64,000 nucleotides of DNA from Auanema rhodensis (Eukaryota > Animalia > Nematoda), in the NCBI GenBank assembly GCA_964057225.1, contig OZ059895.1, positions 18,538,001 to 18,602,000 on the forward strand, given 5' to 3'. Below, in pieces: positions 16,762 to 29,697 of this stretch. Numbering within the stretch: the first letter of the stretch is position 1; each line of letters opens with the position of its first letter. The translations under genes were made by a program, and so were the position numbers. Below the pieces are notes generated by a model. The model was not told the DNA's origin and ran no database searches. It saw nothing but the letters and a program-made list of their open reading frames with translations.

Positions 16762-16844
<83 letters not shown>

Positions 16845-19800
16845 TTTCCTCAAAATTTCAATTGATTGACTCAATTTCTTATAATTGTATCCTGTAAAGC
16901 TAAACACAGAACACATAATGATCACATTTGTACAGAATATCAATGAAAAGAATGAAGATGACTAGTCGATGTTGAACGAAACGAAAACAAACATGTGTGT
17001 ATCGAAGTGCAGAAATTCACATTGATCTATGAGGATGTGAGGAAGCATAAAGTGGAGAACAGTAGATGACTGAATGATGCGTATTCATTCTCTCTTAACA
17101 TCGCCATCATCGATTTCAACAATCCTCTCAACTTTTTTTTTGTTTTTTTCTACAGAAGAATTGCAAAATTGTCCTTTTCAAGACTAATAAACATTGAATG
17201 GAGCTATAGTGTTCCGCGTGACAGGCAACTTCAAAGCCAACTTTTTCGCTTCGAGCGCGTAAAAAAAGGTTTCGTTTGCTAGCTTTTCAACACTTTTTTC
17301 ATCTTCATCCCTCAGGTGGTCAGAGAAAAAAAGAAGATATTTTGCTATTCACAATTATTTATCTCAGATATTGGGAAATATTTAGACCAGCAAGCAAAAG
17401 CTACTGAGCAAAATAGGTTTTTGGTTCAAAGATAGTTCTTCTTTCATCATATTCCCAAAATCTACCAATATATCCATTCGTTATCAGCTGTTTGTGTAGT
17501 CAAACTTTTCTTCAAATCCTATCATCGACTTACCGTTGTTGTGGACTGATTTCTGGATAACGTCACGGATATCAAGCCTTCAGCATCGTTAACTCGGTCA
17601 GTCAGACTGCACAAGGTTTCTGGTGATGGTGTGCCAGAGTGTCGACATCCGACTAACAGACAGTTTGGCTCTTCGTCTGCACGAGCTTCAAAAATTCCCG
17701 TAAAAGTGACACCATCACAATCTGAAATGATATTATATAAACTAGGTGAGGGGTATAATGATAGTGTTTCATCATACAACTTGGCAGCTCAATCTTTGCT
17801 CTTCAACAATGCCAACCAGCTTTCTCTCAAATGTTGAAAGCTTATTATACCGAGAGCAAGCCAATTATCAAAATAGAGAGAGAGAGAGATAGAGAAAGAA
17901 TGAGGTGAAGGGAGTTAGTTAGGAAAGCGCTAGATGGATGATAATAGGTTGTCTTGAGAACTGCAGTTTTGCCTAATAAAGGTTCAATTTGGGACAAGGT
18001 ATATACAAGGATTGAGAGAGGTTAACCATAATGAAAAAGATCTTGTGAGATAGTACATGCTATATGGAGATATGTGAGAGAAACGTAGTATAATCGACAA
18101 CATGCGGTTTTGAAATGAATTCGAATGACAGATTGGTGTTTCGTTTCGTGCTAGTAGCCAGAACTCATCTCAATGATTCAGAGATAGATTTCTAGAACAC
18201 AGTTCAGACAATACAATCGTAATTGATCATGAATAGGCACATAGGACTAGTAATAGATGTGAAGTGAAGTGAGAGATGAAAGACACGGGAGTTAGTAAGG
18301 CAAATCGAGAGAGTTTTACGTGAAGATTGCATGGATAAAGGAAAAGGTAAAATGAAAAATATGTCTTTAAGATGGGTGAAGAAAGAAAGAAAGATCAAGT
18401 TATGATTAAAAGAGAAAGTGAATGGATTGATATATACAGAGAGGGAGAGATCGACACTTGATCCACTGTACGAGGTTATCGGTGATATATATCGTCGGCT
18501 AGTAGAATACAAAAAAAAGTTTTTTTTGGTTTCTGTTGATATCTTTTTCTTTTTTGCCACTTGGATTATCATATAGCAGTTGCAGGTAGCTTGGACAGAA
18601 TTGAAAAGCAGAAAAAATCTTTTTTTCGAAGTACAAAAGGAATTATACGACGTGGTTGCCATGGTAACAATAGCACAAAGATTTGTTTCACATAGTTAAG
18701 ACATTATAATAAAAGAAAAAAAGCTGCTTTATAATATTACTTCATAATTTGTGATGAAAATGCTGCAGAATCCGCTGGTAAACATAGATAAAGAGGCTCA
18801 TACCAGAAGGAAGCACTGTTTCATCAGAAATGAGATGCAATAAAAATAAAAAAATATATGAATACTATTGAATATTTTTATAAAATTGAAAAAAGAAATC
18901 AAATTTGAAACATAAAATATAATGTTTTCATAATATTCTCATTGAATCCCTGGCTTTATATTGTGTTATCTCTCTTAAAAGAGTGAGAAAAATGATTCAA
19001 ATATGCTTGTAAAGCTAGCATTTGATCAGCTTAGTCTCATAATATTCCTTATGATTATTAGGTTTTTTGTTTTTTTTTTTTTTTTGGTTGCTTCTATTTA
19101 ATGCTTTGTGATGAAAAACGATAAAGTGAGAAAAAAGGAAAAAAGGAGAGAAAGAGATAGAGATAGATATATAGATAGAGAGAGGGAAGATAGGAAGAGA
19201 GGGAGGAAGAGAGGGAGAGAAGGAATGTATATCTCTGTTAACGTAAATTTCGAATAATATTTGAAAAAAATATTCAAGTAAATGAAATAAACAGACAACG
19301 ACATCAAACATTTCCGCTTATTGGGATGTCATCGGAGGTTGTTGAATTTTTGTTTCTTGAAATCTGAGACGTCAAATCCGACGACGTGAACGATGTCATC
19401 AACGGAGAAATGTAGTTACTGAACTGATGATGACTACAACGCCGACAACGGCGACGACTACATCTTGCATCATCTACCTCATCGTCAAGTTGTAAATTAC
19501 ACGTGTAGCAAGACATATAAGCTTTTAAGTAAATGCAAATCAAGTTTGATTGACGAACGATAAACCATGAAATAGAGACAAATTGGTAAGGATGAAGGAT
19601 AGTTAGGCGGGAAACAAGTTTTTGAACGTTTTTTCTGTTTGGGGAAAGAAAATTATATAAGGCAACAGTGAATAATATACATTGAGATCAGAATACGGAA
19701 GCTGTTGAGGAGAGTGAGGAGAAGAACATGAGAGACGGCTTGTTATAGAGAAGATTACGACAAGCGACAATCAAGAAAATTGGTGTTACGATGAAGAATA

Positions 19801-20084
19801 ACGAAACGAATATAAGAAAACTCACTTAGAATTCCACAACATAACTCAAGGCACTGCTTCAGATCTGTTGTAACTTGTGAAGAGATGGCATAAGAGCCGA
19901 GACCAAATCGCTGTTGATCATAGACAGTCAGACGTCCACAGAAGACGTCAACTGTGGATATTAGAGGTAATAAGTTGAATAGAAATAGAATATGTACAAA
20001 GGAATATGATTGACGGATAGACAAAGCTGATATGCTTCTACTGGCTGTTGACGTGATTGAGGATAGTGATGTGCTCATGGTCAT
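14122..20084 (-). CDS. Single-pass membrane protein with a MANSC/PAN-like Cys-rich ectodomain, about 264 aa; exons 20084-19826, 17721-17534, 14469-14122
   Basis: Phases close across GTGAGT/GTAAGT donors and TTTCAG acceptors. Sequence runs FCGRL...KQCLELCCGILNCDGVTF...NCLLVGC...LC, then a Ser/Thr/Pro stalk, TM helix VWAVGLAIVIAVVCVGLNLSLLSAYICY and stop-transfer RRKQ. Confidence 0.75.
16766..16840. repeat. (TC)n microsatellite, part of the right arm of an inverted repeat
   Basis: Direct reading. Confidence 0.95.
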
Positions 20085-21322
20085 TTGAGCATTTGGAGTG
20101 GCAACGATACAGGAGTGAGGCCGTTACGAGCTGTTCGTCAGATCAATTGAAGCTCCACCTCCTAGTCGTCGTCCTCGTAGTCGTCGTTGTGATCGCGGTC
20201 GTCAAGAATACACAGACAGACCCACAAGAAGAGAGAACGAGAAGGTAGAGGTAAAGAGAGAGCAAGAGGACGAGAGGGAGGGAAGGAGAAAGTGAGTAAG
20301 ACGGAGAGAGGATCCGAAATATAGGAAAACAATGGAGACAAGTATAGATATTGAGAGATAGAGTAAGTCGAATGAGGAGGGGCAGAGAAACAAGCAAGGT
20401 GAGAGAATGAAAATACCGGAGACACGATGGGTGGTAACAGCTGAAATGAGAGAGTTAGTATGTAAAAGGAAGCGAGATAGAGAGGCCCAGACGAGGCAGA
20501 CCTAGCTCCGCCTATTAGCTGGTCACCTAATCTTGGAGAACACAACCAACTTCGTAGTGTTTCTTTTGATGAAAAATAGCTTACACAACGGCATATATTG
20601 ATGATCGAAATCTGGTATGAATACACATCACGTAGAAGAGCAGAATGTCAACGAATTCATGAACGTCAAGAGTGCTTATGATACAGTTGCTAGATGAAAA
20701 TCCGTGAATTCTCATGTGCATATCGTGAACAAGAATTTCGCCAGATCATAAGGCACATGTTTTCAGAAGCGGAATTCAAAGTTGTGGTTGAAAGTTTTCA
20801 TGCAACGTCATTATAATAACCTCAGCATTACGTTATTTTGCGTTTTCATAAGGAAATGCTTGAGAATTAGTAGACGAATGTCTTAAGTATCGCATACAAG
20901 CTGGTTTATTGGGCTTTGAAAAGCATCAAAGCAAGAACATTATGAATATTTTTTTCAAACTTTTCATCTTTCTTTGTACATTTTGAAGTTTTAGATGAAA
21001 ACTATTTGATTATCTATGTAAAAATCAATGATTAAATATTCTTTTGAATAAGACTAAAGTAAATTATGTAAAATTTTACAATTTTTGGACAACAAAAACT
21101 TTATAGTTTTGAAAATGAAAATAAATTTTTATTTTGTATTATACTATATGAATAAATGAGTTTTGTTTGAGTAAATTTATATACAAAAATACAAAATAAA
21201 AGTGAAAAAATCAAAATTAAAATATTTACAATATCAGTTGCATATGAATGGAACATGTTGAGAGCAAGTTGTGGGCTCGTACATCATGATTAAAGCATAT
21301 TTGAAAGATAGAGAAGCTGTTT

Positions 21323-22546
21323 TTATTTGTATTTTGTGTGATTTTCAGTTGATATCTCAAGTATTTTCTGTATATTCTGATCATTTTTTGTATATTTAGT
21401 ATTGTATAGATGAGTTAAACGATGAAGAAATATTGAATAGATTGGATATAACTTGGCTATATTCTCCAAAAATGCTTGACTAGATTCAGGAGATGAGGAT
21501 GTGATTGATGATAGTACGTTTTCGGAAAAAAAAGTGGAAATGGATATTGATGAAGAAGGAGGAGGAGAAGACGATGAAGAAGATGATGTTAAAGATGGAA
21601 AGGCGAGAAGATCAGAAGCATGTTGCACCTTTTTAGAAGTTTTATTAGCAATTGAGATTTTGAAGTACTTTGATCGCCGTCCAAATCGGGAATCTGAAAA
21701 ATCATTTTATTGATATATGGATAGCTCTTGTGCTTTTTCTATCATCTTTATCGTTTATTTGATGAAAAATAGAAGTTTTTCATAGAAAAAAAGAAAAATG
21801 CTGAATGGTATCAGAATGGATTTGTAGAAAATGCTGAGAAAAAGTTTGAAAAGTTGCAACTTACTTGTAGGTGACATGCCAACATCCAAACAAGCATGAA
21901 ATCGACAAAACTTACAAGATGTACGATTACTTCCCTGAAATTCAAAAAAAAATTAAGAAAAGAAAAAGTAATTCAAGTTATCTTGCCTTAACATTACATT
22001 GACGATTGTTTTTACATTCAAACTTCTCACTTGCTTTCTTCATAATGGTTCTTCCGAAAAAAGACTGAAAAAGCCTTTAATACAATTGGAAAACAACAAT
22101 AATTGAGTCTCATAACGATTTTAATTAATTTTTCTATAAAAAAATAAACAAAAACAATGTTTTGAAAATGATCATCAACCGGTTTGTAATCACATTTGCA
22201 TATGAATGTGAAAAGGTTTCCACACTTTATTCATAACGTGATATGGAATTGAGAGAAACCAGAAGAACAAGTTGAAAATCATGCTGATTTAGGCTTAAGC
22301 TTTGATATTTTTACTGTGGATTAGTAAAAAAAAACAACTTCTAACAAACCTTACAGCCTTCACAAGTGAATGCTCCGAAATGAAAGCCACGTGCTGGTTC
22401 ATCACATACAGCACAGTTGAATAGAGTCTAAAAGGACATATAAGATAATAATCAATAAATAGTTAAGATTATGCTATTTAGCTGGTTGTGATGCTAATGA
22501 TTAGGAGAGCAATACCATATCATACCTGGTTATGCGGTAATGGCAT
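21323..22546 (-). CDS. Knirps/eagle-like (NR0A) nuclear receptor, DNA-binding domain only, about 205 aa; exons 22546-22526, 22427-22350, 22064-21987, 21934-21865, 21693-21323
   Basis: [95 protein letters not shown]...; two C4 zinc fingers, knirps-type FFGR and kni-box; all phases close. Confidence 0.9.
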
Positions 22547-24025
22547 GATGAATAACGTTTGCTTATAATCAGAAAATTGTTCCGGATGAACTGTCTGATG
22601 CTGCTACTGCTGAAGAGGCTGTCAGGTGGAAATTGACAATTTTCATGAACTGATCATCATCATTGACGTCGTTGTCATCGTCGTTGTCGTGGTCGTCGCC
22701 AGCATCTACGGAGGTTTGCCCAGATAATCTTCTGGCCCATTAAGCACTAAAGGCCTATACCGTATTCTATCTATCCGTTATGCCATTGAATGAATGAGAC
22801 AAATCAGTTACAAGAACACATTTACACGAAAAGAATTGAAAAATGAAAAGAGAAAAAACTTTTTTTTCCGCCTAAACGTCAAGTTTCTTCATTGGCACAT
22901 GATGTAATGAAAGTACATTTGTGAGTATTATAACATCAAATTTCATCAAATGTATACTATACTATACTATATCATATGATAAATTAAATAATTTTATAAA
23001 AATTTGGGATAATTAGTATATAAAACTTTTTTTTTTCAAAATTTTCATTTTTTCTGTTCATAATTATGTTTGAAATTTACTTTTTCACAAACACTAGTGG
23101 ATAGTATGTTGAAAATATCGAATTCATTTATAATCAAGTTTATTATTGAAACTTAAACTTGAATAAAGAATATATGATAAAATTCTTTTTAGAATATTGA
23201 TATCAAAGTTTTTAAATAATTAGTATTACTTGTATTATGCCCCATTATACAGTTGATCGTTGATCAACAAAGATTTTTCCAGTAGAAAAAGGAAGTAAAA
23301 TCAAAATAAATTTTATGAATTTCAAATTATGGTGAGGATGAAGGTCATACAAATTTGTATCAAGTATTAGTTTTTGAAGTGAAGTCAACGAAGAAACATC
23401 TCGCAAACGTCATCTCATCTCACAGCAGGTGATCACATTCATCACACCTTCATTGAACCTCCATGACTTAGTTCAAGTATTTTCAAATGTTACAACATGA
23501 AGATTATCATCAAATGAGATTACGTTGCTTGAATATTTGATTCAAAGCTCAAAGATATGAACTAAAAGTTACTGAAAGCTATATGTAAAGCATGATACTA
23601 ATATAAAGGAATTGAGTTCTTCGAATGCCATTACGATGTTTGACGCTGTAAAACGCATGAATGAAAGTGTGAGGCCAAGACCTAAATTTTTAGCAGAAAT
23701 TATCGTTGAAAGAGAAGGATAATAGTTGAACGACCAAACCATATTTCACCTTTTTTTCTAATATATTCAATGTAATTGATAAACGTTTTTGGAGCATGAA
23801 TTAGATAATAAAAGATCAAATGAAGCAGTTTAAATTGGTTTCACTCTTCATTCGAGAGTCAGAAGCTTTAAAAAGTCGAGTTTATAGTGATTATACATTA
23901 GGTTTATGTGTTTTGTTACGAGCTAACAGCTATAGATATGAAGATAAAACTGTGTTTTGCATGCTCTCCTTCCCAATACACGACTGATAATGACCCGGAT
24001 ATCACACAGGAATATAAAAAAGAGT

Positions 24026-24026
24026 A

Positions 24027-24082
<56 letters not shown>

Positions 24083-24091
24083 AAGAGAGAG
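24026..24091. repeat. Imperfect (GA)n microsatellite
   Basis: Direct reading. Confidence 0.9.
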
Positions 24092-24212
24092 AAAACGGTA
24101 GAGATTTTTTTCTTGTATCTTAGAAGTTTAAATGGCTTTTTTCGAAAACACTTGGTAAGCAGTAAATATATTTATAGACTGTAAACTGTACATGAATTAT
24201 GTTCTATTCATA

Positions 24213-25363
24213 TCAACGACATCCGGCAGCTCCCCAGGCGCTGACGTCACGGAAGTAAATGCTGTGATCAGCAGTAGAGGTGTCAATCTTTCCATCAGAG
24301 CATCCAATGTTTTCATCTCCACGGCAAACCTTGTAAGTTGGGGTAGACATGTCATTGTTGTAGTAAATCTATAAAGATCATGCTGTTACTACAATTCAAT
24401 TATGCAATGTTCATACCTCGGTATGATGATGGTGGTAGTTCTCGACATGGTTGGGTGGAAGATGTGGAACAACATCATGAGCATGGATGACACGGAAAGC
24501 ATAAGCGATCTATATACATGTGTGATTAAATTGAATTGAACATCACAGATTCTAACCTCCTTGTCAACGCTTTCAGAGAAGACGCGATCTCCGGTACGTG
24601 GCTGTCCGAAGGTAACAAGACGAACCTTGTCGGCGGGAACGAGCTTAGTGTGGACGATGTAACTGGCAGCCAAAGAAGCCATGGCTCCTCCGAGAGAGTG
24701 TCCGGCAACCTATTATATGTTGAAATAGAAACACATGATAATCAAAATATTTTCATACCCAAACGCTGTAGTTTGCGTACTTGTTCTTGAGTTGATTGAA
24801 GTCATCCTTCATACCGTGCTTCCAGACAGAGAAGAAACCGTCGTTGAAATACTTGGAAACGGCACCTCCAGCAACCCAAGCGGTCTGAACACATTTTTAC
24901 ATTCTAAAATAAAGATTTTCAGAAATTTTACATGGTTAGAGAAGATAGATTCCTCAGATTCCAAAAGAAGTTGAGCTACTCCTTGAGTTCCCCTGCAAAT
25001 TACGGTGATAATTTGATGGAAATGAAATCATGATTTATACTTGAATGCAAGAACAATAGCTTGTTCTTGATGAAGAGCAGCAGCATATCCGATGCACTTA
25101 TCAATGAAATAAGGAGAACAGATGGTCTTGTAACGACGCTTGAACTGAAATCACGCACTACATGTCAACGTTATGACAGTCTTGCCTACCTCAACTTGAG
25201 CAAAGTTGTTCTTCAAGCATACATCTGGATGATCGTTATCAGTAGCAGCACAGATAGGCAGAATCTTGTTTCTGGCAAAGCTGTCGTCATACAGACTCTT
25301 GGCAGCATCGAATGGCATGGCATTAGCCAAGGCGGCCAGTAAAACTAAGCCAACGACCTTCAT
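24213..25363 (-). CDS. Secreted class 3 (fungal-type) lipase, 7 exons
   Basis: Signal peptide MKVVGLVLLAALANA; IVLAFKGT; nucleophile motif GHSLGG; TFGQPRTGD; RVIHAHDVVPHLP; DHSIYF; ends GAAGCR*. Confidence 0.92.
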
Positions 25364-26810
25364 CTGAAAGTAAGATATATGTTATAACATGAGTTAGAGT
25401 GTAGGTAAATGAAGATAAGTATTCATAGAATATCATAGAATTGGTTAAGACGATTGAAGAAAGAACTATGATAGCAGTAGTAGAGTGATGGAGGTAAGAG
25501 TTAAAAAGCCAGTTGCAGAGGCACGTAGAAACCTATATGGAATAAAAATTATTCTGGAAGCTTATAAACGAACGAAAAATGATTCGCGTGATAGTAAAGA
25601 TAACAAATCTTTATGACTTTCATTTACACATTTTTCCTTTTTGTCTTTTAATCATATCTCAAATTGCTTTTGAAATGAAATCAAAAGAATGCATATTAAA
25701 CGAGAATTATTTAAAATCTATTAAACATTAAGAATTTTAAAAATATTCTTTCAGTCAAATTGTCTTTTTTTGCTTTATTTTTTCTGAAATATGCTTGAAA
25801 TATCAAGAAAATGCGATGACTTTGTGTGAATCAGTTGGAATCTTTTATACAAACCATCCACATACTCAGCTTTTCCTTCTTTCATCCAATGTCCAAAATA
25901 CAAATTATATTTGAGGATACATTCATGCAGAAGCTTATCACAGACTCAGGAATATGATGGTAAACCCAAAAATCTTTCGATTTCATTAAAAAATTTTGTA
26001 TTATGTCCAATGTACTTCGATAGAGTTGTACACGTCATCTCCCTCTTTCTTTCTCTTTCTCTCCCCTCTCTCACTCTCTTTGTCTCTCACTTTTCTTCTC
26101 AACTATGTTGTCAATATAGTTTTGCAATCAAAAGCTGGTTATATATATGAATATATATGTATATAATATAAAAACACAGCAAAATACAAAGAATCGACTT
26201 ATACAATAAACCGATTTCTTCACAAGTTTCAGTAATTTTATAGTAGGCTTAGCTTTCTTTTGTATTTTTTGTTAATCCTATCGGTTACATCAATCATAGT
26301 TTGGATATGTACATAAGAATATAACTTTGGCATTTGTATGTATTACATAAATTCTGTATAAGACCAATTATTTGTTAATAAGAAATGTTTTTCTTTGCTT
26401 TAATTTCCAGTTATATCTATATTATTTCAAACATCAGACTCTTTTTGAACTAATTCTGACTTCTGTTACCATTTTTTTGCTTTTCTGTATCAGCAGTTGG
26501 AGCAGCAGCAGATCACCTCATATTAACACATTCGCAGAAACATACTGAAATCAAGTTGTGTAATAAGGGCTCATTTTGAGCTTTGATCCGGAACTAATAT
26601 TATTATAGGTTGACAAGTAATAATCATAGCTTATTTCCTTATTTATGAAAAAATATTTAGAGTTTTAGAGTAAAATCTTAAAACATTTGGCATAATTTAT
26701 TAAAAAATTTATTTTATTACGTTTAAATAGCCAGGGGGGAAGAAGAATTATAGCATAAGCAAAGGAAATTTCAAACAAAAACTTGAAAATTTCATTAACA
26801 AGTGCCGATT

Positions 26811-29697
26811 CTAATTGGCCTTTTTCAAAGATTCAGCAATAACCGAAACAGCAACATCAACATCAGCTTTAGTGATACACATGGGTGGTTTGATTCTCAA
26901 GACGTTACCGTTGATACCACCTTTTCCGATGAGAATTCCCATATTCTGAATGATAAACGGTTAAACAGAATACGAAATACAGTTCCACGGCACGAACCTT
27001 TGTTTCTTCAAACACATTAGCTACACGTTCTTTTTCCAATGGTTTTCCATTTTCATTGATAAGTTCTACACCAATCATAAGACCCTGAAATTTGTTGTTG
27101 TTGGTAATCAAGTTGTAGGAACATATCAACGAATGATGATATTCAATAGCTGGCACTTGCTAGTAGTTGATACCAGCAGAAACAGCAGCAGCAATAAGCT
27201 CAACTCATACCTTTCCTCTTACATCTCCAATTAATTTGCTATCAATAGCAGCTAATTGTTTCATGAAATATTCTCCTAAGACGAGGCAATTTTCTTGTAA
27301 TTTCTCTTCCTCAATAACCTATAAATATTTTAAATTATAATTGATATATGTTGTTATGTATCTCATATAGTTAAGTTTTCTTTTAGTTATCTTGATTAAA
27401 CACTTATAGATTCAGCTTATACTATAACAGTGCCGGATGGCTTATGGATAAAAGGGAAAGAGAGGGAGAGAAAGAGAAAGAGAGATAGAGAGACATGATA
27501 ATTAGGTGGTGATGAAGATGACAGGCGATGAAAAGCTAAAAATCTTGTCAATCGAAGACCGAAAAAAGCTCTATAATCGAATCCAAGCATAAAACCATAT
27601 GATAGAAAGAGCTAGATCTGATCTTAGTTAGCGGCGTCTCCGACTATCCTGTTTGAAAACCTGTCTCTCTGGACATACATATTCAATCTCACTATAGCTA
27701 GGTATGACGATTCCTGTATATACATCCACATCCCTTCTCTTCTTCATTCCCATTTACTCACAGACATCGTCCTCCCGCCATCTCTACACCCCTACCCCTT
27801 CTCTCTTTAGCAATCCTCCTATCTATTATAACTGAATCCCTGTAATGATTTCTTCTTATTCTCTTCACTGTTTTCATCTTCTTAATCTTTCTCTCTCTCT
27901 CTCTCTGCCCTTCCCGTTTAGGATATTACGTAGCAGCATAACAATAAAAACAAAACAAACACATCATATAACCATCATATGATATTAGATATAACTATAT
28001 ATATACTAATAGATGATCAGACAATCATATAATGCATAGTTACTGTACCTCTAAAACAGCTTTACCAACGCTGGAAGCCAATGGGTTTCCTCCATATGTA
28101 TTGAAGTACAGAGCTTTTCCGAAAGAGTTAGCAACTTCTTCTGTTGTTACAACAGCGCCTACAAACATAGTTTAAAACTAGAGAAATATCAACAAATCTT
28201 CAATATAAGCTTATAAAGTAAATCTTGTAAACAAGAAAAACCTAGAAACCAATTACATACCCATTGGGAAACCGTTTCCAATACCCTTAGCCATGGTTAC
28301 GATATCAGGCTTAGCATCTTGGGCTATAACATAAATAGTTGTAAAGTGGCTTTATTTCAACATCAAGATTTACTTTGGAATCCCCAGAAATGAGATCCTA
28401 GACGTCCGAATCCCGTTTGTACTTCGTCACTAATAGCTAATCCACCAACATTTTTGACAGCCTCAAAGGCTTTCTTGAGGAATCTGTAAAATCACTTTTA
28501 AAATATATCAGAAGCTTGACTAGTAGAAGATTGTGAAGTCCAAGCTAGGATAAGAGATGTGACGAAGATAATGGGGTTGAAGTTAGTCATTAAGATTAAA
28601 CATACAGACTGTATATAAATGAGATAAAGAAAATGAAAATAAAAAGGAGTCCAAAAGGTAGGTAGACTAGCTAGAGACGACAAAAGAAAAAAAAGAAACC
28701 CGTTGGTATATTGTGTTGTTCCTCCGACACCTTGAATTGATTCAGCTAAGAAAGCTGCTGGACCCGATGCAGCTGGAAAATCATGCTTCAATGTTTCAGT
28801 GAACTGTTCAAGATATCTGAAAAGAAAATAAAAAAATAACTTTATATTCAATATGTCAGAGATGTTTCATCTCCTTTTCATATCGTCACATGTCTTCATG
28901 TATGTTTCAAGCTTTCGGAGAGTAAACCTTCATACCTATCGTTGGCCTTGCATAGTCCAGCTGAACAGTCACAATCTCTATTTGGCTGGATGGGAGAATC
29001 CCGACAAGCTTTGCCTCCCCAAGGTCCATTGTATGGATCGGCAGACATGGCCTTCAAAATACCAAATCCAGCAGGCATAGGCTGTTTCCAGGTTCCTGCA
29101 AGATAGTATGATTAATGTCATCAAACGCTGGCTGTAAACAGCAATGTTTCCAACCCAAGTTTGTGGCTCCAAAGACAGTTTGAGTCATTCCATGATATCC
29201 ATTACGAAGTGAAAGCATATCGAAACGTCCAGTATGAACTCTTGCCAATGCAATAGCTAAATCATTGGCTTCCGATCCAGAATTGACAAAGAAGCATACC
29301 TAAACAATCAAATTATTTCAACACATTCAAAATAAAATTTACTTTCAAGTGTGATGGCATTGTGGAAGTGAGCTTTTGAGCGTACTCAAAGATTGGCTCG
29401 GTATAATAGATGGAAGTTGTGTGCCAAAGTTTATCAACTTGTTTCTTCAAAGCTTCATTGACTTTTCTAAAACAAATTCACTCAAATCACTATATATAGC
29501 CTAAGGGCATATTAATGAACTCACGGATGGCAATGTCCAACAGACACAGTAACGATTCCTCCGAACATATCCAAATACTTCTTTCCAGTCGTATCATACA
29601 AGAATTGTCCCTTTCCATTAGTAATGAGAAGAGGCTCCTTGTAGAAGGTGATAGTAGATTTTGGAATTAATGACTTTAAAGCTTTGACACGTTCCAT
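26811..29697 (-). CDS. AGXT2: Alanine-glyoxylate aminotransferase 2 (class III PLP aminotransferase), about 11 exons
   Basis: [79 protein letters not shown]. Confidence 0.95.

Noticed and set aside
22289-22300. Isolated TTAGGC-like hexamers as possible telomere-addition or DNA-elimination sites
   Set aside because: No tandem telomeric repeats and no recognisable palindromic break motif.
23320-23725. Exon-like segments on the + strand
   Set aside because: No consistent frame or recognisable product.
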